Positions 55,952-64,000 of a stretch of 64,000 bases of DNA are shown piece by piece. The first letter of the stretch is position 1, and every line of letters begins with the position of its first letter. The translations under genes and the position numbers were made by a program. The notes beneath the pieces are model-generated. The model was not told where the DNA came from. It worked only from the letters and a program-made list of their open reading frames with translations, and did no database searches. Source of the stretch: Candidatus Margulisiibacteriota bacterium (lineage in GTDB: Bacteria > Margulisbacteria > Riflemargulisbacteria > GWF2-35-9); the NCBI GenBank assembly GCA_028715625.1, contig JAQURL010000002.1, forward strand, positions 2,438 through 66,437. The letters are read 5' to 3'.

Positions 55952-58318
55952 CTAAACATCAAGCCATTTCACTTTACGTGCATAGGTTTCAATAAAATTT
56001 TTCCTGGGCACTACATCGCTACCCATAAGAATTGTAAATATTTCATCTGCTATTTCCGCATCATCGAGATTAATTTGCAGCAAAGTCCGTAAGGAAGGAT
56101 TCATGGTGGTTTCCCACAGCTGCTCGGGGTTCATTTCTCCCAAACCTTTATATCGCTGTATAGTAAGGCCCTTTGAAGCCATTCTTTCAATATATTCAAC
56201 CAGTAATTCGTTAGTATCAACTTCTTTTTCCTCATTATTAACAACTACTTTATAAGGAGCATTTTTTTCTTCCAGCAAATCATCTGTTTGCTGCTTGATT
56301 TCTCGTAAAACATTGGTGTCCAGTTGTTTTTCCTGAATTAACTTAACAAGATATTTTTCAATTTTATCTGTTATAACTTTTATTTCTTCTGTTTTTTCCT
56401 CAAGCACTATTTTCTTGATTTCTAAAAAACGCGACAATTCCATTTCAAATATTATCTTCTTGATTTTTGCCCTATCATAAAGTTGTTTGTCTGTTTCTAT
56501 AAGAAAATCCTTGAATTGTTTTAATTTTTCTATAAAGTTTAAAATTTCCGGACCTTTCAAACCTTTATCCTTATCTTTTGTTTTCACTACAATACCTTCC
56601 AGGTTTAAACGGCTCTGTACTTCTTTTTTTTGCTGCTCATTATATACATACTCCTTGCTGTTGCCTTTTTTGATTAAATATAACGGTGGCTGGGCTATGT
56701 ATAACAAGCCGGAATCAACCAGTTCTCTGGCATATCGATAAAAAAATGTAAGCAACAATGTACGTATATGAGCACCATCTACGTCTGCGTCTGTCATGAT
56801 AATAATTTTGTGATAGCGAACTTTTTTTAAAACATCCTCGTTTTTAAGTTCTTCCTCTTTATCCAGCCTGGCAATCACATCTGGACCGATTGCTGTTATC
56901 AAGTTTTTTATTTCTTCGTTTTCCAGAATTTTATCCAACCTGGCTTTTTCCACATTAATTATCTTGCCGCGTAATGGAAGTATGGCCTGAAAATTCCTGT
57001 CTCTGCCCTGTTTCGCGCTACCTCCTGCGCTATCACCCTCAACTATAAATATTTCTGTTTTTGAAGGATCTGATTCGGAGCAATCTGCTAATTTTCCTGG
57101 TAGTGTAGTACTTTCCAGCACATTTTTACGTCTGGCTAATTCTTGCGCTTTACGGGCTGCTTCTCTGGCTTTAGCAGCCATAAGTGACTTTAGAATAATT
57201 TCTCTTGCTGTTGCCGGGTCCTTTTCCAGTATAAGCTCAAGGCTTTCTCCGGTTATTGCATCAACAACACCTCTTACTTCACTGTTTCCTAGCTTGGATT
57301 TAGTTTGTCCTTCAAATTGTGGATCACGAACTTTAATACTAATAATAGCAGATAAACCCTCTTTAGTGTCATTTCCGGTGAGAATTTCCTCTCCTTTAAA
57401 AAGCTTATATTTTTTAGCAAAAAGATTCAGAGATCTGGTCAGGGCGGTTCTAAAACCGACAACATGGGTTCCACCTTCTCTGGTTTTAATATTATTAACA
57501 AAAGAGATTACATGTTCATCATAATAATTCCGGCTATAATGCAGTGCGATTTCTACATCTGTGTCATCTTTGCTTTTGTGGATATAAAAAGGTTCTTTGA
57601 ATAACGGCTCTTTGCTGGCATCTATGGCTTTTATGTAAGACACTATCCCGCCTTCAAACTGATATTCCTCTTTTACTATGCTTTCGCTTCGCTCATCAAC
57701 AACCACTATCTTCAAACCTTTGTTCAGATAAGCCAATTCTTTGCATCTCATGGCTATTGTAGCGAAATCAAAATCTGTTGTTTCAAAAATGGTGGCATCC
57801 GGATAAAAAATTATCTTGGTTCCGGTTTTTTTATCTCCGGTTGCAATCACCTTTCCCGGCGCGTCAGGATTGCCGCGAGTAAACCATTGAGTATACTGTT
57901 TGCCTTCGCGATATGTTTCCACAAATAATTTCTGGGAAAGAGCGTTTACACAAGAAACCCCCACACCATGTAGTCCGCCTGAAACCTTGTATCCTTGTCC
58001 GCCGAATTTTCCACCTGCATGTAGAATAGTCAGTACTACCTCAACTGCGCTGATCCCTTTCTCTTCTATAATATCAATAGGGATTCCTCTGCCGTCATCT
58101 TCAACGCTTACTGCTCCATCTGCGGTAAAAATAATATTTATTTCCTTACAGTATCCTGCTAAAGCTTCATCAATACTGTTATCTAAAACTTCATAAACTA
58201 GATGATGAAGGCCACTTTTATCGGTGGACCCGATATACATTGCTGGCCTTTTTCTAACGGCTTCCAAGCCTTCTAGTATCTTGATATCAGACGCACCATA
58301 GGACTGACTTTGCTCCAT
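55952..58318 (-). CDS. gyrB: DNA gyrase subunit B (with a ~130-aa insertion in the C-terminal half)
   Basis: 788 aa. GHKL ATPase (LEGLEAVRKRPAMYIG, GGLHGVG), TOPRIM (EIFIVEGDSAGGSAKQGRD, IMTDADVDGAHI), and QRYKGLGEMNPEQLWETTMNP. Confidence 0.97.
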   Translation of the reverse strand: MEQSQSYGASDIKILEGLEAVRKRPAMYIGSTDKSGLHHLVYEVLDNSIDEALAGYCKEINIIFTADGAVSVEDDGRGIPIDIIEEKGISAVEVVLTILHAGGKFGGQGYKVSGGLHGVGVSCVNALSQKLFVETYREGKQYTQWFTRGNPDAPGKVIATGDKKTGTKIIFYPDATIFETTDFDFATIAMRCKELAYLNKGLKIVVVDERSESIVKEEYQFEGGIVSYIKAIDASKEPLFKEPFYIHKSKDDTDVEIALHYSRNYYDEHVISFVNNIKTREGGTHVVGFRTALTRSLNLFAKKYKLFKGEEILTGNDTKEGLSAIISIKVRDPQFEGQTKSKLGNSEVRGVVDAITGESLELILEKDPATAREIILKSLMAAKAREAARKAQELARRKNVLESTTLPGKLADCSESDPSKTEIFIVEGDSAGGSAKQGRDRNFQAILPLRGKIINVEKARLDKILENEEIKNLITAIGPDVIARLDKEEELKNEDVLKKVRYHKIIIMTDADVDGAHIRTLLLTFFYRYARELVDSGLLYIAQPPLYLIKKGNSKEYVYNEQQKKEVQSRLNLEGIVVKTKDKDKGLKGPEILNFIEKLKQFKDFLIETDKQLYDRAKIKKIIFEMELSRFLEIKKIVLEEKTEEIKVITDKIEKYLVKLIQEKQLDTNVLREIKQQTDDLLEEKNAPYKVVVNNEEKEVDTNELLVEYIERMASKGLTIQRYKGLGEMNPEQLWETTMNPSLRTLLQINLDDAEIADEIFTILMGSDVVPRKNFIETYARKVKWLDV

Positions 58319-58332
58319 CTTAAGACTCCTCT

Positions 58333-59046
58333 TTATTCATTATTCATCTCACAATAAACCTTATGTATCCTGCTCGGTAAATGATTTTTGACCATATCGC
58401 TGGTGATTTTTTCAGGTCTGACACATAACTTTAATATAATATATCTATTTACTTTCTCAATAAAAATATTTTTATTATTTTTATTTTTGTTTAGCTTAAT
58501 CTCTCTGTAACACTGACTAATGATATCATATAATTGGCTAATTTCATACCTTTTTTCGTCCATAAACAGCCGTTTGGGGATAGGATGAATGGTTTCTATT
58601 GCTTTTACGTCTTCAAACTGTATCCATGGGGTTTTTTGTAATATTTTTCGTGCTTTGCTTTTTGTCTTCTCTTCTTCTCTACATAGACATAGTGAACAAA
58701 GTGAATTGCTTTTAGGCAGTAGTTTTGAACCGCATTTTCTACACTGATGTTCATCATCGCCGTTTTGCTCCTCACCTGCATTATTACCAACAATTACTCT
58801 AATTTCTTTAATCCCTGGAATTTTTTGGGTTATAGTTTTTAAAAAAATTGCTTTTTTATAATGTAGTTTATTTGCCAGCACTGGGCTGCTTACTTCCATA
58901 TAAAGAATTTTATTTTTTATAAATAATTGCCTAGTTTTTTCAAAAACTTCTTTTTCTACTAGAGACTGATATATTTCTAATAATGATAATTGTTCTTTGA
59001 TGTTTCTGTGATTAATTTCTTTTAACAGCTCTTTTATATGTTGCAT
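58333..59046 (-). CDS. DUF721 (DciA-like) protein with an internal zinc ribbon and C-terminal extension
   Basis: 237 aa. The N-terminal ~90 aa are DUF721-like (...ILYMEVSSPVLANKLHYKKAIFLKTITQKIPGIKEIRVIVG), then CRKCGSKLLPKSNSLCSLCLC. Position between recF and gyrB. Confidence 0.55.
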   Translation of the reverse strand: MQHIKELLKEINHRNIKEQLSLLEIYQSLVEKEVFEKTRQLFIKNKILYMEVSSPVLANKLHYKKAIFLKTITQKIPGIKEIRVIVGNNAGEEQNGDDEHQCRKCGSKLLPKSNSLCSLCLCREEEKTKSKARKILQKTPWIQFEDVKAIETIHPIPKRLFMDEKRYEISQLYDIISQCYREIKLNKNKNNKNIFIEKVNRYIILKLCVRPEKITSDMVKNHLPSRIHKVYCEMNNE

Positions 59047-59047
59047 T

Positions 59048-60091
59048 TTATATTTCTATTATATTAACTTTTGCTTTAAATACTTCAACTGATTTTTCTG
59101 TGGAAGTGACAATAACCTGAAGCTTCATATCCAAAAGATTTTTCATAATTACAGCTTTTTCAGCATCCAGACCCATAAAGGCGTCATCAACGAGCACAAC
59201 AGGACTAATTGAATATTTTTCAACATAATAGTCTTTCTCTGCCAACTTTAATAGTATAGACAAAATTCTTTTTTCACCTAGTGAAAGGTATTTTTTAACT
59301 TCTGTTTCTCCGGTTTGAACTGAAAAATCATCGCGATGCGCCCCATACAGGCATTCCCGGTATTGCCTCTCTTTATTAAGAATTTCCTGTCCTGGGTATT
59401 CTCCCATTGTATCCTTATAAAAAATTTGTATGTTTTTATATTGCGCACGCGCAAAATATTCTTTCAAATATTTGTTCAATTTTTTTTCTATATATAAAAC
59501 AAACTCTTTTCTTTTTTTTACCAACTGTTTATTTAAATCCGTCATTTTCTGTTGATAATCCTCCAGCAGGGTTTGGTTTTGAATTTTTTCAGTTTTTAAG
59601 ACAATGTTTTTAAGTTTGATAATTCTTTTTAAATCTTTGAGCTCATGCATATAATAATTATCGGTTTTTGATAAAATAATATCTAAGTATTTTCGTCTTT
59701 TTGTTGGTTCTCCATCAATAATATTGATGTCTTCATGAGTTATGGTAACTGTTGAAAAAATTTTCAACAATTCACTGCTTTTGTTTAATATTTTCTGGTT
59801 TATTTTTATTGTTTTTTGTTGATCCTGAATTTGAATTTGAATTTTATTTTCACCGTGATTATCATCACAAACCGTAGCTTTTAAAAGAGCATGGTCCTTT
59901 TGCTGCATTATCAGTTCTTTTGTTTGATGCGTTTTTATGGATCTTAAGGTTGATAATAATTGTATTGCCTCTATTAGATTACTTTTCCCTTGTCCGTTTT
60001 GACCAGTAATTAAATTGATGCTTTTTTCGAAACTTATTTCTCTATTTTGGTAATTTCTATAATTGATAAGCTGAATATCTTTTATTTGCAT
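59048..60091 (-). CDS. recF: DNA replication and repair protein RecF
   Basis: 347 aa with Walker A GQNGQGKSNLIEAI, the signature LSLGEKR, and Walker B VVLVDD. Confidence 0.9.
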   Translation of the reverse strand: MQIKDIQLINYRNYQNREISFEKSINLITGQNGQGKSNLIEAIQLLSTLRSIKTHQTKELIMQQKDHALLKATVCDDNHGENKIQIQIQDQQKTIKINQKILNKSSELLKIFSTVTITHEDINIIDGEPTKRRKYLDIILSKTDNYYMHELKDLKRIIKLKNIVLKTEKIQNQTLLEDYQQKMTDLNKQLVKKRKEFVLYIEKKLNKYLKEYFARAQYKNIQIFYKDTMGEYPGQEILNKERQYRECLYGAHRDDFSVQTGETEVKKYLSLGEKRILSILLKLAEKDYYVEKYSISPVVLVDDAFMGLDAEKAVIMKNLLDMKLQVIVTSTEKSVEVFKAKVNIIEI

Positions 60092-60098
60092 GCATATT

Positions 60099-61214
60099 TC
60101 AATCTCTTTTTACTTTTATTGGCATCATAATATAAATATATTCTTTATTGTTTTCTTCTTTAATAACAATCGGTTTCTCATCATTTATAATATCAATAAA
60201 AATCTGGTCCGTTTCCAGGTTTTTTAATACCTCAATCATCAGCCGGACGTTGAAAATTACCTGTATAGCCTTATCGCCTTTTGTTTTAATTTTAATTTTT
60301 TCGCTTCCATCACCAAAATCAGGTGTTACTGAACTGATAACCAGGTTTTCTTCAATAACCTCTATTTTAACCATATAAGAATTTCTCTGCGCTATAATAT
60401 TTATTCGTTCGCAGCCATCTAATAATTCTTTTCTATTTATTTTTATTTGAAGTTTATGTTCCTGAGGAATTAACAGTTTGTAATCCGGAAATTTTCCTGT
60501 AATTAGTCTGGAATAAAGTGAAATATGATCGCATAAAAACAATACTTTGTTCTGGCCAAGTCTTATTACCAACTCCTTTACTTCCAAAATATTAATTATA
60601 TTTAACGCCTCTTTAATGGTCATAATTGGAATAATGGCTGTAATATTTTCATTGGTTTCAAAGTTTATGTCGTCTTTTGCCAGCCTGTAACCATCTGCGG
60701 CAACAAATAATAACTTTTGCTGATCTTTTAATATATCAACCAGTACTCCGTTTAGAATTAATTTTTCTTCCTCATTAGAAGCAGCAAATGATACTCTTCG
60801 TACCATGTCTTTAAACATATTAATGTCTAGTTTTATTTCTTTATATTCTTCAATTTTCATATTTTCCGGGAAATCATTAATGTTTGATGTAAATATATTA
60901 AATGTGGAATTACCACCCTGGATAATTACTGTATTATTTTCACTTAAATAAATTGTTACTTCACCGGCAGGTAATTTACTAATAATATTAAAAAATGTTT
61001 TAGCATGAACCAGTGTTTTTCCTGATTTATTAACAGTAGCCTTTAATTCGCTTATTATATTGGTTTCCAGGTTATTGGATGTAATAATTAGTTTATTTTC
61101 CAACGCTTCCAGTTTGAAGCATTTTAAAGCCTCTACTGAAGTTCTTTCATTCACAGCATTAACACAAATAGATAATGCTTTTAATAAATTTTCTTTTCCA
61201 CAACTGATATTCAT
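60099..61214 (-). CDS. dnaN: DNA polymerase III beta sliding clamp
   Basis: 371 aa with three-domain clamp length. N-terminus MNISCGKENLLKALSICVNAV. dnaA-dnaN-recF synteny. Confidence 0.9.
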   Translation of the reverse strand: MNISCGKENLLKALSICVNAVNERTSVEALKCFKLEALENKLIITSNNLETNIISELKATVNKSGKTLVHAKTFFNIISKLPAGEVTIYLSENNTVIIQGGNSTFNIFTSNINDFPENMKIEEYKEIKLDINMFKDMVRRVSFAASNEEEKLILNGVLVDILKDQQKLLFVAADGYRLAKDDINFETNENITAIIPIMTIKEALNIINILEVKELVIRLGQNKVLFLCDHISLYSRLITGKFPDYKLLIPQEHKLQIKINRKELLDGCERINIIAQRNSYMVKIEVIEENLVISSVTPDFGDGSEKIKIKTKGDKAIQVIFNVRLMIEVLKNLETDQIFIDIINDEKPIVIKEENNKEYIYIMMPIKVKRD

Positions 61215-61442
61215 TTATAATCCTCCTAGTTTAATATTTTATTATATATAAAAGCTACGAATTACTCATACATACTGTTTATAAGTGGAAAAAATTAAAA
61301 ATTAGAGACTATTATCATTAAAGTTTATCCACAAACTAAACTCTTTTTCCTCCTTGTTATCCCGTATTTTTATATAACTTTAATTGTTTTTATATTTATT
61401 AAGAAATTATTAACAGGATATAAATATAAAAACATAAAAAAT
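61215..61442. other. candidate oriC (AT-rich dnaA-dnaN intergenic region with DnaA boxes)
   Basis: 228-nt non-coding, extremely AT-rich spacer. It contains one perfect TTATCCACA box, a 2-mismatch box at 61284-61292 (AGTGGAAAA), and A/T runs that could act as an unwinding element. Confidence 0.6.
61325..61333 (+). promoter_or_regulatory. consensus DnaA box
   Basis: Exact TTATCCACA read directly at 61325-61333. Confidence 0.75.
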
Positions 61443-62843
61443 TTATTCAACCAAAATAAGCTTAATTTGATTTAAAGCACTTTTTAAATCATGATTCTTT
61501 TTGATTTCATTATTTATTTTATCACAAGCATGCATGACAGTAGTATGGTCCCGGTTACCGAAACTTTCTCCAATTTTCGGCAATGAATAATTAGTTAGAT
61601 CTCTAGCAAGAAACATGGCAACTTGACGAGCGTGAGCTATTTCCTTTGTACGAATTTTTGCGGATAAATATTCAATATCAATATCATAATATTCAGAAAC
61701 AGTTTTTTTAATTTTTGATAAAGAAATGGGTTTTTTGGCCTTATCTTTAACGATATCTTTAATAACATCCTTGGCTAAATTTATTGTTATTTGCTGATTA
61801 ACCAGGGAGGCATAAGCAATAATTTTAATTAACGCTCCCTCCAGCTCTCTTACGTTTTCCGGTATCTGAGAGGCGATATAATAAATAACATCTTTTGGAA
61901 CAACCTGAATGTCTGGTTCAATTTTTTTATAAAGAATTGCTATTCTGGTTTCCAGTTCAGGAGACTGAATATCGGCCGATAAACCCCATTCAAAACGGGA
62001 ACGCAGACGATCTTCAATAGATGGTATATCTTTAGGAAGACGATCAGAAGTAATTACTATCTGTTTATTCATTTGATGCAGATTATTGAATGTATGAAAA
62101 AATTCTTCCTCAGTTTTTTCTTTGCCTGCGATAAAGGGAATATCATCAATTAAAAGAACGTCTACACTTCGATAACGCTCCCTGAAATTCATTATTTTAT
62201 TATTTTGCAGGGAATGAATCAGATCGTTAGTAAAATCTTCCGCGGTAGTATATAAAACATTTAGCTGCGGATATGTTTCCAAAACCTTATTACCAATAGC
62301 ATGCATAAGATGTGTTTTTCCTAACCCGACTCCACCATAAACAAACAACGGGTTATAGGCTTTGCCGGGAGCCTTGGAAACAGCAACAGCAGCAGCATGA
62401 GGAAAACGATTACACTGGCCTACAACAAAATTATCGAAAGTATACTTTGGATTTAGGGGATTTTTGGTTGTTTGGGGAACATAAGCTTTTTCTTTTATTT
62501 GATAAGATACTGCTGGTTGGGCCTGAACTTCCAATTCATCGGCAGTATCAGCGATATTAATGTCGCGATCTATTTCGGTACGAATAAGGTCATTTATGTT
62601 TATTTCTAGAATAATATCCATATCCGAATAATCTTTAACTGCTTTTTTTATATAATATTCACTTTTATCCAATACCCATTTTTTCATAAAATTGTTTGGA
62701 ACACCTAAAATTAAGGTATTATTAAAAAAAGAAATAGGCTTAACCGCTTTTTGAAAAGTTGAATACGAAACTCTACCCAATTTTTCTTGTAAAAAGCAAT
62801 CGACTACCTGCCAGATTTCTATAACACTTTGTTGCGTGACCAT
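61443..62843 (-). CDS. dnaA: chromosomal replication initiator protein DnaA
   Basis: 466 aa with Walker A GGVGLGKTHLMHAIG, LLIDDIPFIAGKEKTEEEFFHTFN, and C-terminal HTH FGNRDHTTVMHACDKI. Confidence 0.97.
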   Translation of the reverse strand: MVTQQSVIEIWQVVDCFLQEKLGRVSYSTFQKAVKPISFFNNTLILGVPNNFMKKWVLDKSEYYIKKAVKDYSDMDIILEININDLIRTEIDRDINIADTADELEVQAQPAVSYQIKEKAYVPQTTKNPLNPKYTFDNFVVGQCNRFPHAAAVAVSKAPGKAYNPLFVYGGVGLGKTHLMHAIGNKVLETYPQLNVLYTTAEDFTNDLIHSLQNNKIMNFRERYRSVDVLLIDDIPFIAGKEKTEEEFFHTFNNLHQMNKQIVITSDRLPKDIPSIEDRLRSRFEWGLSADIQSPELETRIAILYKKIEPDIQVVPKDVIYYIASQIPENVRELEGALIKIIAYASLVNQQITINLAKDVIKDIVKDKAKKPISLSKIKKTVSEYYDIDIEYLSAKIRTKEIAHARQVAMFLARDLTNYSLPKIGESFGNRDHTTVMHACDKINNEIKKNHDLKSALNQIKLILVE

Positions 62844-62865
62844 AAGAATTTTTTAACCTTTTCTC

Positions 62866-62955
62866 TGTGGACAACTCACTGTTGATAACTAATATATCAG
62901 ACTTTTTATTATTCTTCAACAGGCCAAAGTTACAATTTTGTAAATATTATCCACC
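62866..62955. promoter_or_regulatory. cluster of three one-mismatch DnaA boxes upstream of dnaA
   Basis: TGTGGACAA (62866-62874), TGTTGATAA (62880-62888) and TTATCCACC (62947-62955, overlapping the thiS 3' end). Confidence 0.5.
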
Positions 62956-63147
62956 GCCAAGAAAGCGAATAATTTCAAGCTTGTCACCATTTTTTAAATA
63001 AGTTTTGTCGTAGACAATTTTGTCAAGTATTTTTTTATTTCTTTCAACAACAATTAAATCAATATTTATTTTAAGTTTTAATAAAAGTTCCTGAACAGAA
63101 CATGTTTCGGATAAAACTTTTTCCTGACCGTTAATGATTATTTTCAT
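62947..63147 (-). CDS. thiS: sulfur-carrier protein ThiS
   Basis: 66 aa, ubiquitin-like, ending in ...RFLGGG (C-terminal Gly-Gly). 4-nt overlap with the upstream thiH. Confidence 0.85.
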   Translation of the reverse strand: MKIIINGQEKVLSETCSVQELLLKLKINIDLIVVERNKKILDKIVYDKTYLKNGDKLEIIRFLGGG

Positions 63148-64000
63148 TTCCTGTTTTTAACACCCTGAAAATCATAAGACCAATTTTTTAAAGCAGGATC
63201 AATTTCATGGAACTCCAGCATTTTCATAATGGTTTTTAAAGATCTGTGATCAGCGATAGAAAATTGTTCTCCGGATGAATTGCCGCCCGAATAACCACCG
63301 GGATTAGTTTTTGAGGCGGCACTCATCTGAGTAACGCCCAGTTTTATTAAGTGATCGCGCAGTGAAGACGGTTCTCTGGTAGATAAAGTAATGCCCGCAG
63401 ACGGAAGGAATAATCTGATTGCCAGAATCATTTGAACCAGGTCCTGGTCTGTGACTTTATTTTTTTTCTTTTTGTTACCGTGAGCATACCGTAACCGGGG
63501 AAAGGAAACAGCTATTTCCGAACGCCAGTACTTTTTTTGCAAATATTGTGTATGCAGGCCAAGCATTGCCATTTCGTATCTCCAGTCAAAAAGACCAAGC
63601 AAAGCACCAACTCCCATTCTTCTGAATCCTGCAGTCAAAGCCCTGTCAGGACTGTTCAGGCGATACAGATAGTTCTTTTTGCGTCCGGCCAGGTGAACTT
63701 TTTTATATGTTGGGGCATGATATGTTTCCTGATAAAGGGTCAAACCTGTTGCACCAGCCTGGATAAACTTTTTATAGGCAGCAATACCAGCAGGATAAAT
63801 TTCCAAAGAAACCGAAGAAAAAAAATCTCTGGCCAGACAAATCATTTCAGTTAAATATGAAGTATCAACAATATTCGGAGATTCGCCGGTAAGCAGCAGA
63901 ATATTGTCAAACCCCATTTTTTTTAAATGCTGATATTCTTTAATTGCTTCTTGTTTGGTAAGAGTTTTTCTCTTGATATCGGACATTTTATTAAAACCGC
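63144..64000 (-). CDS. thiH: 2-iminoacetate synthase ThiH-like radical-SAM protein, C-terminal part (gene runs off the right edge)
   Basis: The frame stays open upstream of the Met at 63986 to the window edge (...GFNKMSDIK). LLLTGESP, the TIM-barrel radical-SAM body and the BATS-like C-terminus are ThiH/HydG-like. The CxxxCxxC motif would lie outside the window. Coupling to thiS favours ThiH. Confidence 0.7.
   Translation of the reverse strand, partial: GFNKMSDIKRKTLTKQEAIKEYQHLKKMGFDNILLLTGESPNIVDTSYLTEMICLARDFFSSVSLEIYPAGIAAYKKFIQAGATGLTLYQETYHAPTYKKVHLAGRKKNYLYRLNSPDRALTAGFRRMGVGALLGLFDWRYEMAMLGLHTQYLQKKYWRSEIAVSFPRLRYAHGNKKKKNKVTDQDLVQMILAIRLFLPSAGITLSTREPSSLRDHLIKLGVTQMSAASKTNPGGYSGGNSSGEQFSIADHRSLKTIMKMLEFHEIDPALKNWSYDFQGVKNRK

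Overview
This is an AT-rich, very gene-dense bacterial chromosomal window read with the standard genetic code. I saw no rRNA, CRISPR array, transposase, integrase or phage genes, and there is one tRNA, tRNA-Arg(ACG).

Most of the window is housekeeping:
- An aromatic amino-acid cluster (tyrA', DAHP synthase, aroH).
- ribD-rpe-rsgA followed by a kinase-less PASTA protein.
- lysS-lpd-lipA-ruvB-hisB, pyrR-ftsH, and gap-pgk-lspA-rluD.
- A yggS-sepF-proC-yggT-yggT-DUF167 cluster.
- ssb, hup, clpC and motAB.
- rpsP-KH-ylqD-rimM-trmD-rplS-lepB.
- The replication-origin block thiH'-thiS | dnaA-dnaN-recF-DUF721-gyrB-gyrA-ychF, with a perfect DnaA box in the AT-rich dnaA-dnaN spacer.

The unusual part is about 25.2-42.1 kb. 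It holds a tightly coupled five-gene minus-strand operon, 40635..42131 through 30395..31501. In order it encodes:
1. A chimeric protein with a FliF-like ring-building periplasmic domain, a TM segment and a FliG-like cytoplasmic domain.
2. A second FliG-like protein that lacks the N-domain.
3. A 2,522-aa surface protein with eight tandem Ig-like repeats and a C-terminal FlgD-Ig / T9SS-type sorting-like domain.
4. TatD.
5. An orphan PilC/GspF-like platform protein.

This operon converges, with overlapping stop codons, on a 1,714-aa putative giant outer-membrane protein. Two PorV/PorQ-like outer-membrane beta-barrel genes, an isolated motAB pair and an orphan flagellar rod/hook-family gene lie elsewhere in the window. 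I propose the operon as a candidate non-flagellar envelope machine built from flagellar-rotor-like parts. I am not aware of a described system with this composition.

All family calls rest on by-eye motif recognition and synteny. No database search or computation was possible. The organism cannot be named. The synteny (sepF, ylqD, DUF721 between recF and gyrB) together with outer-membrane proteins suggests a diderm lineage with Firmicutes/Cyanobacteria-like gene order.
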